Part shown: in pieces, positions 16,052 through 24,350 of the stretch
How the letters are laid out: every line of letters begins with the position of its first letter
Numbering within the stretch: the stretch's first letter is position 1
DNA from: a virus
Taxonomy: Duplodnaviria; Caudoviricetes
IMG/VR virus record: IMGVR_UViG_3300027815_000159
Span: 1 to 33,187 of that record
Reading direction: 5' to 3' (one strand)
DNA: 33,187 nt
Notes under the pieces: generated by a model
The model's input: the letters and a program-made list of their open reading frames with translations, nothing else
Told to the model about the DNA's origin: nothing
Database searches by the model: none
Translations under genes and position numbers: made by a program

Positions 16052-17521
16052 GTGGTCGCTTCGCTGAAAGCTTTCCGACGCCGCGTCGGAGCATTCATCG
16101 GCGGGTTCGAGGCAGGGCTGGCGAACCGCCGGCTCAAGGGGTTCCAGCCGAGCCGAGCGCATCTCAATACGCTGATCGCGGCGGCCGGTCCGGACATCAC
16201 GGCCCGCGCCCGCTGGCTCGTGCGCAACAACGGCTATGCGGCGAACGCGATCGAGAGCTGGGCCGGCAATGTGGTCGGCGCCGGCATCAAGCCGTCCTCG
16301 CTGATCGCGGATACCGAACTGAAAGCGCAGGTGCAACAGCTCTGGCTCGGCTGGACCGACGAAGCCGACTCCGAAAGCTTCACGGACTTCTATGGGCTGC
16401 AGCGCCGCGCGGCACGCGAGGTGTTCATTGCGGGCGAGGTGTTTTTCCGGTTCCGGCCGCGCCGGCCACAGGATGGGCTGACGGTCCCGCTTCAGCTTCA
16501 GATGATCCCTTCGGAGATGCTGCCGCTCAATCGCAACGAAGTCATTCCCGGCGGCAACGTCATCCGCCAGGGGATCGAGTTCGATGCGATCGGGCGCCGC
16601 GTCGCCTACCACTTCCTGCGGCGGCATCCGGGCGACATCACGGATCCTGGGCTCGCTGGCGACATCGTGCGCGTCCCGGCCTTCGAGATCGTGCACGTCA
16701 TCGATCCGGTCGATGCCGGACAGCTTCGGGGAGTCTCGCGTTTCGCGGCCGGCATCGTGAAGCTGTTCCTGCTCGACCAGTACGACGATGCCGAGCTCGA
16801 CCGAAAGAAGGTCGCGGCGATGCACGCGCTCTTCATCACGACGCCGGCGCCGGCCGAACCGCTCGATGCCGTGGAGGGACGCGACGAGAACGACGAACGC
16901 ACGATCGACCTGCAGCCCGGCCAGATCACGATGCTGGAGCCCGGTGAAGAGGTGCAGACTTCGGCCCCGGCAGACGTCGGTCAGACCTACGAGCCATTCC
17001 AGTACCGCACGCTGCTGCAGGTCTCGGCCGCACTCGGCGTGCCTTACGCCTATCTCTCGAACGATATGCTCAAGGCCAACTACTCGAACTCGCGCCTGGC
17101 GCTGCTCGAATTCCGCCGCCGTATCGAGGCCTATCAGCATGCCGTGATCGTCTGGCAGCTGTGCCACCAGGTCTGGGCGCGCTGGATGGACACCGCGGTG
17201 CTCGCGGGCGCGCTGGCACTTCTGGATTACGACCAGCGTCGGCGAGACTATCTCGCCTGCGGATGGCTTCCGCCGAAGTGGGATTGGGTCGATCCACTCA
17301 AGGACGCTCGCGCCGAGATCGAGCAGATCGACGCCGGGCTCAAGAGCCGGACGCAGGCGCTCGCGGAGCGCGGCTACGACGCCGAACAGGTCGATGCCGA
17401 GATCGCCGCCGACAAGGCGCGGGAGAAATCGCTGGGATTGAGTTTCGGGGCAACACCGGCCGCCGGCATGGTGCCAGAGTCGGATGCTTCGTCTACGGCT
17501 TCCGACGCGGCCGCGGGTTGA
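16052..17521 (+). CDS. Portal protein, lambda family
   Basis: RARWLVRNNGYA, GIEFDAIGRRVAYH, GQLRGVS, ANYSNSR, WVDPLKD. Confidence 0.96.
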   Translation: MVASLKAFRRRVGAFIGGFEAGLANRRLKGFQPSRAHLNTLIAAAGPDITARARWLVRNNGYAANAIESWAGNVVGAGIKPSSLIADTELKAQVQQLWLGWTDEADSESFTDFYGLQRRAAREVFIAGEVFFRFRPRRPQDGLTVPLQLQMIPSEMLPLNRNEVIPGGNVIRQGIEFDAIGRRVAYHFLRRHPGDITDPGLAGDIVRVPAFEIVHVIDPVDAGQLRGVSRFAAGIVKLFLLDQYDDAELDRKKVAAMHALFITTPAPAEPLDAVEGRDENDERTIDLQPGQITMLEPGEEVQTSAPADVGQTYEPFQYRTLLQVSAALGVPYAYLSNDMLKANYSNSRLALLEFRRRIEAYQHAVIVWQLCHQVWARWMDTAVLAGALALLDYDQRRRDYLACGWLPPKWDWVDPLKDARAEIEQIDAGLKSRTQALAERGYDAEQVDAEIAADKAREKSLGLSFGATPAAGMVPESDASSTASDAAAG

Positions 17522-17918
17522 AAGGATTGAGAACGGGAACACCTGTCGGCCCGAAATCCGACACGTTGCGCGTGACCACGGTCAGGCCGTGTTCGAGGGC
17601 CGTGCCCGCGATCATGAGATCGGCGCTGTCGTTACCAATAGCTGCGCTCAGTAGACCCCAGCGCCGTGCCGTTTTCAGATCGAACGGCAGGATCCGTTCG
17701 CCGTAGAGGGCCAGCACCCTGTCGAGCCAAGCTGCGAGCGCCGCAGCAAAGCCCGGGTCCGTCGTGTGTTGCCGAGCAATACCGCGCTCGATCTCACCGA
17801 TGCTGATGACGCTGACGAAAAGATCGGTCGTTCGCTGCTGTTCGAACCACGCCACGAGCCCGGCGTCGCGCTGTGGCTTGCGCAGCTCCGATAACACGAC
17901 CGTATCGATCAGGTACAT
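17493..17918 (-). CDS. vapC: VapC PIN-domain toxin
   Basis: YLIDTVVLSE, SIGEIERG, DLMIAGTALEHGLTVVTRNVSDF. Confidence 0.95.
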   Translation of the reverse strand: MYLIDTVVLSELRKPQRDAGLVAWFEQQRTTDLFVSVISIGEIERGIARQHTTDPGFAAALAAWLDRVLALYGERILPFDLKTARRWGLLSAAIGNDSADLMIAGTALEHGLTVVTRNVSDFGPTGVPVLNPFNPRPRRKP

Positions 17919-18175
17919 CAAAGCTCCACGTCGCGCAGACGCGCCTTAAGGCGCGGGAATTCGCCGCCATCCTGCGGCATCGCAAGCAGTAGTTCCGCAA
18001 AGGATGGTGCCTGTACTCGGTCGAGGCGCCGCAGACGCTCGTACTCCGTCACGTCGACAACCACTACAGCTGGCTTGCCGTGCTTCGTGACTGTCTGAGG
18101 CACGCGCCGCGCAGCCTCAACAACCTCGCTGAACCGATTTTTTGCGTCCTGGACCGACCAATTGCGACGAGCCAT
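17918..18175 (-). CDS. Phd/YefM family antitoxin
   Basis: WSVQDAKNRFSEVV, PQTVTKHGKPAVVVV; TGATG coupling with vapC; AGGAG upstream. Confidence 0.93.
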   Translation of the reverse strand: MARRNWSVQDAKNRFSEVVEAARRVPQTVTKHGKPAVVVVDVTEYERLRRLDRVQAPSFAELLLAMPQDGGEFPRLKARLRDVEL

Positions 18176-18187
18176 GGGTTCGTCTCC

Positions 18188-18238
18188 TCTAGCTATAATT
18201 TCTGGCTAGAATATGCGCTGCCGCCCCTGCGCCGTCAA
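18188..18238 (-). promoter_or_regulatory. Putative phd-vapC promoter and operator
   Basis: TTGACG (18238-18233), 17 bp, CATATT; inverted repeat TCTAGC (18188-18193) / GCTAGA (18205-18210). Confidence 0.55.
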
Positions 18239-18267
18239 GTCCGTTTGCTTCGCAAGGCCTGAAAAGA

Positions 18268-19596
18268 ATGATCGACCTGCCTCATGTCGCGTCCCGCGTA
18301 TTCGGGACGCCTCTGATGATTGCGCGCACAAAGCTCGAAGTGATCCTTGGCGTGCTCGCGCCGCGGCTCGCCGGCAGCCCATTGGATCCGGTCGATATGG
18401 CGGCGGATGCTGCTCCGCAGACCTCGATCACCGTGGAAAGAATCGCGGTGGTGTCGGTGATCGGCACGCTGGTCAGTCGCTCGGGTTATCTCGATGCGAC
18501 GAGTGGCCTCCTGGCCTACGGAGAGATCGGCGACGCGATTGCGTCCGCCATGGACGATCCTTCCGTGCGGGGTGTCATCCTCGACGTCGATTCGCCCGGC
18601 GGCGAGGTCGGCGGTCTGTTCGACCTGGTCGAGCGGATACGCGCGACCAAAGCTGCGAGCGACAAACCGCTCTGGGCGGTAGCAAACGAGGGTGCGCTGT
18701 CCGCGGCCTATGCGGTCGCGAGCGCCGCCGACCGGCTCTACGTGACGCGGACTGGCGAGGTCGGATCCGTCGGCGTGGTTGCGGTCCATGTTGATGAAAG
18801 CGCCGCCGACGCAAAAGCAGGCCTCGCTTGGACTTTCGTATTCGCAGGCGAAAGCAAGGTCGATGGCAACGCCCATGAGCCGCTCTCCGAGCGTGCCCGT
18901 GCCACGATCCAGGCCGACGTCGATCATCTCTACGCGCAACTGTGCGGGCTCGTTGCCGCCAACCGCAGCCTGACAAATGAGGCCGTGCGTGGGACGAACG
19001 CCGCAGTCTATCGCGGCGAGCTTGCGATCCGCGCTGGCCTAGCCGACCGCGTCGGAACGCTTGATCTCGCGATTGCCGAGATGGTCACCGATCCCCGGAT
19101 CAAGTCCGGGGACGACCGCACGGCATCCACCGTGCGCAACCCCGTCACCCCGACCCCGAAGAGGAGCCCGTCCATGGCGACGAACGAGACCGAACGGATT
19201 CAACGCGATGCGATCGAGCCGCAGCTACCGCTCGTGTCGCAAGCAGTGCCGCAGGCCCCTAACCCTGAACCGGCTCCCCCGCCAACTCGAGTGCCTGCAC
19301 CGGAGCCTGCAGCCGATCCGGCGCCTGTACCCGGCCCGGCGGACAAGCTGCGCGCGGAATATGCCGACATTGCTGCGCTCGCAGCTCAGGCCGCACGGCT
19401 CGGTGTCACGGTCGATGCCGCGGATGCCATGCGCAAGGGCATCTCGGCCGATGCGCTGCGCCGCTCCGTGCTTGATGCGCTCGCGTCGCGCGCCGAGGCA
19501 ACAAGCGTCATCGCGGCAGCGCCATCCACGACTGCCACCGGGGAAAGCCCGATCGTGCGGCGTGCGAAGGAACGCGCCGCGGCGGCTCGCGCCTGA
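18268..19596 (+). CDS. S49 family prohead protease (gpC-like) with C-terminal scaffold domain
   Basis: LDVDSPGGEV, ALSAAYAVAS, GSVGV, GLADRVGT; Pro-rich linker and helical C-terminus. Confidence 0.93.
   Translation: MIDLPHVASRVFGTPLMIARTKLEVILGVLAPRLAGSPLDPVDMAADAAPQTSITVERIAVVSVIGTLVSRSGYLDATSGLLAYGEIGDAIASAMDDPSVRGVILDVDSPGGEVGGLFDLVERIRATKAASDKPLWAVANEGALSAAYAVASAADRLYVTRTGEVGSVGVVAVHVDESAADAKAGLAWTFVFAGESKVDGNAHEPLSERARATIQADVDHLYAQLCGLVAANRSLTNEAVRGTNAAVYRGELAIRAGLADRVGTLDLAIAEMVTDPRIKSGDDRTASTVRNPVTPTPKRSPSMATNETERIQRDAIEPQLPLVSQAVPQAPNPEPAPPPTRVPAPEPAADPAPVPGPADKLRAEYADIAALAAQAARLGVTVDAADAMRKGISADALRRSVLDALASRAEATSVIAAAPSTTATGESPIVRRAKERAAAARA
19090..19116. repeat. REP-like palindrome in frame within the S49 CDS
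   Basis: GATCCCCGGATCAAGTCCGGGGACGAC: 8-bp stem, TCAAG loop; translated DPRIKSGDD. Confidence 0.75.
19174..19596 (+). CDS. Putative nested scaffolding protein (Nu3-like internal start)
   Basis: AAGAGGAG 7 nt before an in-frame ATG (MATNETERIQ), as in lambda C/Nu3. Confidence 0.6.
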   Translation: MATNETERIQRDAIEPQLPLVSQAVPQAPNPEPAPPPTRVPAPEPAADPAPVPGPADKLRAEYADIAALAAQAARLGVTVDAADAMRKGISADALRRSVLDALASRAEATSVIAAAPSTTATGESPIVRRAKERAAAARA

Positions 19597-19617
19597 TCAC
19601 TTAAAGGAGCACCACAC

Positions 19618-20007
19618 ATGACCACTCTCATCATGTCGCCGACACTCGGCGACCTGCTCAAGTTTGAGCTTAACGCGAGCTATTGCCGCGAGACTGTGAC
19701 GCTCAAGTCCGGCACGAACTACGCGCTCGGTTCCGTGCTTGGGAAGATCGCTGCTTCCGGCAAGTATCGCCTCTCGCCGACAGCCCTGGCTATCGGCGAC
19801 GAGGGTGCGGAGACCGCCGTCGCCGTCCTGATCCAGGCGGTCGATGCGACCGCTGCCGACAAGGCGGGCCTCGTGGTCGCCCGCGGTCCCACGATCGTGT
19901 CCAAGGCGGCGCTCGTCTTTGACGCGTCCGTCGACCAGCCGGCCGAAAAGACCACCAAGCACACGCAGCTCGCGACCACGGGCATCGTGCCGCGCGACAC
20001 TGCCTGA
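19618..20007 (+). CDS. Head decoration protein (gpD-like)
   Basis: AAGGAG RBS; GDLLKFE..YCRETVTL, LGSVLGKI, GAETAVAVL; lies between protease and capsid. Confidence 0.88.
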   Translation: MTTLIMSPTLGDLLKFELNASYCRETVTLKSGTNYALGSVLGKIAASGKYRLSPTALAIGDEGAETAVAVLIQAVDATAADKAGLVVARGPTIVSKAALVFDASVDQPAEKTTKHTQLATTGIVPRDTA

Positions 20008-20010
20008 CCT

Positions 20011-20095
20011 GTGGTTGGGCTCGTCCCGGCCAATCCACCCCGACATCACTTCACTCGTCACCACCGGGCCTCGGCGGACTTAACCGCGGGGCCCG
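20011..20095. repeat. Degenerate REP-like half site plus a GC hairpin upstream of the capsid gene
   Basis: GTGGTTGGGCTCGTCCCGGCCAATCCAC (20011-20038); CGGGCCTCG...CGGGGCCCG (20065-20095). Confidence 0.45.
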
Positions 20096-20114
20096 AACCA
20101 TTTGAGGAACCCCC

Positions 20115-21137
20115 ATGTCAGCCATGATCAATCCTTTCGACGCGGGCGGCTACACGCTCGCCGAGATGACCTCGGCCATCAACATCCTGCCCAACATCTA
20201 CACGCGATTGGGCGAGATGGGCCTGTTCCGCTTCGAGGGCGTGACCCAGCGCAGCGTCATCATCGAGCAGGCGGAAGGCGTTCTGAATCTCTTGCCGACC
20301 GTGCCGCTCGGTGGGCCGGCAACGGTTGCCAACCGCGACACCCGATCGACGCGCTCATTCACTGTGCCGTGGATTCCCCATGACGACGTGATCACGCCGC
20401 AGGATATCCAGGGCGTGCGCGGCTTCGGGGTCGCGGACGCGGCCGATCCGCTCGCCACCGTCATGGAGCGCAAGATCACCCGCATGCGGGCCAAGCACGC
20501 GCAGACCCGGGAATACATGGAGATCAACGCGCTCCGCGGTATCGTCAAGGACGGTGCCGGGATCGTGCTCTACGACTACTTCGACGAGTTCGACCTGGCC
20601 CAACAGTCGGTCGACTTCGTGCTCGGGACCGCCGGCACCAACGTTCAGGCCAAGTGCCGCGAAGTGCTGCGCAATGTCGAGACCGAGCTCAAAGGCGAGA
20701 CCATGAACGGCGTGCTCGCCCTCGTCAGCCCCGGCTTCTTCGACAAATTGATCAGCCACGCCAAGGTGGAGGATGCCTACAAGTACTTCTCCTCGACCGG
20801 CGCCCAGCCGCTGCGCGAAGACACCCGCCGGCGCTTCCCGTTCTCCGGCATCGTGTTCGAGGAATACAACGCTACCGTCACGCTTTCGACCGGCGCGACC
20901 GAGACGCTGATCCCGGCGACCGAGGGCATCGCCTTCCCGCTCGGCACGATGGACACCTTCGTCACCTACGGGGCGCCGGCAAACCTGATCGAGACCGTCA
21001 ACACCATGGGACTGCCGATCTATGCCCGGCAGATTGCACGTCCGGACGGCAGCGCGATCGACGTGAAAACCGAGGCCTCGCCGCTGCCCGTGAACAAGCG
21101 GCCTCGCCTGGCGGTCAAAATCCTGACCAGCAACTGA
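20115..21137 (+). CDS. Major capsid protein (lambda gpE-like family)
   Basis: 340 aa; TSAINILPN, IPHDDVITPQDIQGVRGFG, APANLIETVNTMGLP; gene position. Confidence 0.93.
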   Translation: MSAMINPFDAGGYTLAEMTSAINILPNIYTRLGEMGLFRFEGVTQRSVIIEQAEGVLNLLPTVPLGGPATVANRDTRSTRSFTVPWIPHDDVITPQDIQGVRGFGVADAADPLATVMERKITRMRAKHAQTREYMEINALRGIVKDGAGIVLYDYFDEFDLAQQSVDFVLGTAGTNVQAKCREVLRNVETELKGETMNGVLALVSPGFFDKLISHAKVEDAYKYFSSTGAQPLREDTRRRFPFSGIVFEEYNATVTLSTGATETLIPATEGIAFPLGTMDTFVTYGAPANLIETVNTMGLPIYARQIARPDGSAIDVKTEASPLPVNKRPRLAVKILTSN

Positions 21138-21146
21138 GCCGCTGTC

Positions 21147-21482
21147 GTGGATGCGTTCTTGGCGGCAACCGACGTGCTGTTCGCCGACCCGAACATCGCC
21201 CGCGACGCGCTCTGGCGCGCGGGCGGTGTGGGCGTCGGAATTGCCGTCCGTGTCATCAGCAAGCGGCCCGACCAGGTCGTTGGGTTTGGCGACAGCCGGG
21301 CGATCTTGCCGACGACGCTGATCGACGTGCGCCGGTCGGAGATCCCGGACCCCGCTTCGGGCGACACCGTCGAGATCCCCGGGTCAAGCCCGGGGACTGG
21401 CGACACCTTCGAGATCATCGCGACGCCGGTCGCCGATAGCCTCCGGCTCGTATGGACCTGCGAAGCCGCACTGCCGCCCTGA
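21147..21482 (+). CDS. Head-tail joining protein
   Basis: LFADPNIARDA, IDVRRSEI, RLVWTCEA; follows the capsid gene. Confidence 0.78.
   Translation: MDAFLAATDVLFADPNIARDALWRAGGVGVGIAVRVISKRPDQVVGFGDSRAILPTTLIDVRRSEIPDPASGDTVEIPGSSPGTGDTFEIIATPVADSLRLVWTCEAALPP
21374..21397. repeat. REP-like palindrome in frame within the head-tail joining CDS
   Basis: GATCCCCGGGTCAAGCCCGGGGAC: 8-bp stem, TCAAG loop; translated IPGSSPGT. Confidence 0.78.
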
Positions 21483-21486
21483 TCCG

Positions 21487-22143
21487 ATGCGTTTCACGAT
21501 CAAAACCGACGACCTCGTTAAGGGGCTAGGCGATGTCGAGGTGGAAGCAGCGCGCTCCGTCACCGACGCCATGCGCGAGGTGACGGACGGGCTGAAGAGC
21601 GATCTCCGTACCGATGTCGCCGATGCGGGCCTCGGACAGCGCCTCGCCAACACCTGGCGCGGCAAGACCTACCCGGAAGGTGCAGTGAGTCTCGAGGCCG
21701 CGTCTTTCGTCTGGTCCAAGGCGCCCAACATCGTCGATGCGTTCGACCGCGGCGTCACGATCAAATCGAGTCGGGGGTTCTGGCTTGCGATTCCGACTTC
21801 GGCCGCGGGCGTGAAGGGCGTCAACGCGACCGGCGCCATGAAGCGGATCACGCCGGGCGGCTGGGAACGGCGCACCGGGATGCGGCTTCGTTTCGTGTAT
21901 CGGCGCGGGCGGACGTCGCTGCTCGTCGCCGACAATGCGCGGCTCAGCAAGAAAGGACTAGCGCGGCCGAACATCGGCCGCACGCGCGGCGGCGCGCAAT
22001 TCACGCGCATCGCCGGACGCTCGACGGTCGTCGTGTTTATCCTGGTGCCGCAGGTCACGCTTCGGAAACGGCTCGACATCGGCAGCGCCGCACAGCGCTG
22101 GGCCGATCGGACCCCAAGTCTCATCGCAAGTCGCTGGAGATAA
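21487..22143 (+). CDS. DUF6441-like basic neck / tail-completion protein
   Basis: AGLGQRLANTWR, WSKAPNIV, FWLAIPT, FILVPQVTLRKRLD. Confidence 0.75.
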   Translation: MRFTIKTDDLVKGLGDVEVEAARSVTDAMREVTDGLKSDLRTDVADAGLGQRLANTWRGKTYPEGAVSLEAASFVWSKAPNIVDAFDRGVTIKSSRGFWLAIPTSAAGVKGVNATGAMKRITPGGWERRTGMRLRFVYRRGRTSLLVADNARLSKKGLARPNIGRTRGGAQFTRIAGRSTVVVFILVPQVTLRKRLDIGSAAQRWADRTPSLIASRWR

Positions 22144-22145
22144 TC

Positions 22146-22229
22146 GTGGATCGGAACGAACTCGCAATCTGGATTGCTGTCCTGTCGTTCTCCATCGTAG
22201 CCTTCGTGCTGGTGGTGACCGCGCTGTGA
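22146..22229 (+). CDS. 27-aa single-pass membrane peptide (absent from the ORF track)
   Basis: GGAGA 5 nt before GTG; MDRNELAIWIAVLSFSIVAFVLVVTAL; GTGA overlap with the next gene. Confidence 0.6.
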   Translation: MDRNELAIWIAVLSFSIVAFVLVVTAL

Positions 22230-22660
22230 CGAGCCGGCGAGAACAGGTCCTCGATGCGGTCAAGGCTCTCGTTGCCGCGGCGCTGCCTGATGCGGACGTG
22301 AAGCGCAATTTGGCGAAGCCTGAGCGCATCGCGCCGGGCGGCCTCGCCATCATCCGCGACGGCGACCCGGGCGAGCCGGAAGTGATCCTCTCGCCGCTTA
22401 CCTACGTCTACACCCATCGCATCCCGATCGAGATCGCGGCATACGAGACGTCGAGCCAAACCCGCGAGCAGGTGCTCGACGCCATGCTGGGAGCGATCGG
22501 TGCGGCCGTTGTTTCCAACCGGACGCTCGGCGGTCTCTGCGACTTCATCGAGGCGGAAGCCCCGTCGACGGACGATGTCGAGACTGCGGGCGCTCGGGCT
22601 GGACGCTGGGCCGACGTCGTGATCGTCGCGGTCTACGGCACGACCGATCCACTGAACTGA
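22226..22660 (+). CDS. Tail terminator-like protein
   Basis: SRREQVL, IIRDGDPGEPEV.LSPL.Y, RTLGGLCD, YGTTDPL; precedes the tail tube gene. Confidence 0.72.
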   Translation: MTSRREQVLDAVKALVAAALPDADVKRNLAKPERIAPGGLAIIRDGDPGEPEVILSPLTYVYTHRIPIEIAAYETSSQTREQVLDAMLGAIGAAVVSNRTLGGLCDFIEAEAPSTDDVETAGARAGRWADVVIVAVYGTTDPLN

Positions 22661-22685
22661 ATTCCATCAAACTTGGGAGAGTCCC

Positions 22686-23627
22686 ATGGCACGCGCACGC
22701 GGCGCCAACGCCGTCATGGCTGCGGCATTCGAGACGACCTATGGCACGGCACCTGTGTCGGGTTTCAAGAAGCTGCCGTTCGTTTCATCCGCGCTCGGGG
22801 ATGAGCAGAACCTGATCGCCAGCGATCTTCTTGGCTACGGCCGCGAGCCGTTGCCGCCGAGCCGCGACGTCGTCAACAACGAGGGAGACACCGTCGTCCC
22901 GGTGGACCTGCGCAACTTCGGCTATTGGCTGAAGCTGCTCCTGGGCGCACCCACCTCGGTCGACAATTTAGGCGTCTTTACCCACACCTTCGTCTCGGGC
23001 GCCCTCACGTTGCCCTCGATGGCGATCGAGATCGGCATGCCGGAAATCCCGAGCTACGGCATGAACGTCGGTGTGCGCGGCAACTCGATGAAAATCCAAC
23101 TGCAACGCTCGGGTCTTCTGAATGCGAGCATGAGCCTGATCGCGCAGGGCGAGACCAAGGCAGGGTCGTCGGGAGCCGGATCGCCCACCGCAGCTGTGAT
23201 CGAGCGCTTCTCGCAATTCATGGGCGACATCAAACGTGATGACGTCGCCCTCGGCCACATCGTGTCCGCCGAGTTGATGTACTCGAACAATCTCGACAAG
23301 GTCGAGGTGATCCGCCCCGACGGGCGGATCGAGGATGCCGATCCCGCCATGGTCGCCGTGTCCGGCAACATCAACGTGCGCTTCGCCGACACCGTGCTGC
23401 TCGATCAGGCGACATCGGGCGATCCGTGCGAATTGTCGTTCGGCTGGCAGATCGATGCCGGCAACTCGCTGCTGTTCACGGTTCACAGCGTCTTTCTGCC
23501 GAAAGCCAAGACGCCGATTCAAGGGCCGGGCGGCATCCAGGCTGCGTTCGCCTGGCAAGCGGCCAAGGATCCGACCGTGCAGAAGACCTGCACGGCAGTC
23601 CTCATCAACGACGTGACGGGATATTGA
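22686..23627 (+). CDS. Tail tube protein
   Basis: MARARGANA..AFETTYG, VVPVD..FGYWLK, IQGPGGIQAAFAWQAA; GGGAG RBS. Confidence 0.85.
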   Translation: MARARGANAVMAAAFETTYGTAPVSGFKKLPFVSSALGDEQNLIASDLLGYGREPLPPSRDVVNNEGDTVVPVDLRNFGYWLKLLLGAPTSVDNLGVFTHTFVSGALTLPSMAIEIGMPEIPSYGMNVGVRGNSMKIQLQRSGLLNASMSLIAQGETKAGSSGAGSPTAAVIERFSQFMGDIKRDDVALGHIVSAELMYSNNLDKVEVIRPDGRIEDADPAMVAVSGNINVRFADTVLLDQATSGDPCELSFGWQIDAGNSLLFTVHSVFLPKAKTPIQGPGGIQAAFAWQAAKDPTVQKTCTAVLINDVTGY

Positions 23628-23694
23628 TCCAATGAAAGCGCCTCGTTCCAAACCGGCACCAGCCGCAGTTCCTCAAACGCGAAGCGGAGGTCCG

Positions 23695-24048
23695 ATGCTC
23701 AAGCTCGCCTTCGACCGCGAGCCGTTTTGGCTCGACCTGTCTCCTGGCGTGCGAATTCAGTTTCGCCCGATCACCGTGGCTGCGATCCTCCTGGCGCGCA
23801 CCGCCGCGGCGGACGTCCTGCGTGCTGGCGGCGACGACGCGATGGTGAGGGCCGGCGTCGCCTTCACGCGTTCGCTCGCTCAGTCCGGGATTGCCGCCTG
23901 GGAAGGGATTGGCGATGCGCAAGGCAACGTCGTTGAACCCACGGCGGACAATATCGATGCGCTGCTGGAACTTTGGCCGACGTTCGACGCGATCGATCGG
24001 CTTTATGTCGGGCCCGCTCTGATCCGGGACGCGGAAAAAAACGTCTGA
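23695..24048 (+). CDS. Tail assembly chaperone (gpG-like); alternative start 23632
   Basis: GGAGG before ATG 23695; AWEGIGDAQG; ends AEKNV across a slippery A run. Confidence 0.8.
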   Translation: MLKLAFDREPFWLDLSPGVRIQFRPITVAAILLARTAAADVLRAGGDDAMVRAGVAFTRSLAQSGIAAWEGIGDAQGNVVEPTADNIDALLELWPTFDAIDRLYVGPALIRDAEKNV

Positions 24049-24350
24049 TCGCCCTTGCCGAATGGCACTTCGGCGGGGGCGAGGGCTATTGCGCGGCCTG
24101 CCCCGAGACCTGCGCCGCCTGCCCCTACCGCGAACATGCTCCCACAACGCCCGAGGGCATTACGACCTGGGGAGTGTTTCGACGCTCGGCGGGCCAGGTG
24201 CGCGCCGTCATGGGTGGCGTCTATGCGCTTGATTTCGGCGCCGTGCTGCTGCTCGCCGACGCCATGGGCGCATTGAGCCCGCTGCTCGTCGATCTTCTCC
24301 CCGAAATCGAACCGATCATCGTCCGCGCTTACCGCCGGGATAGCGACTGA
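24033..24350 (+). CDS. gpT-like -1 frameshift extension of the tail chaperone
   Basis: A_AAA_AAC at 24036-24042; -1 frame KRLIALAEWHFGGG...ALDFGAVL ends immediately before the tape measure ATG. Confidence 0.8.
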   Translation, partial: GKKRLIALAEWHFGGGEGYCAACPETCAACPYREHAPTTPEGITTWGVFRRSAGQVRAVMGGVYALDFGAVLLLADAMGALSPLLVDLLPEIEPIIVRAYRRDSD

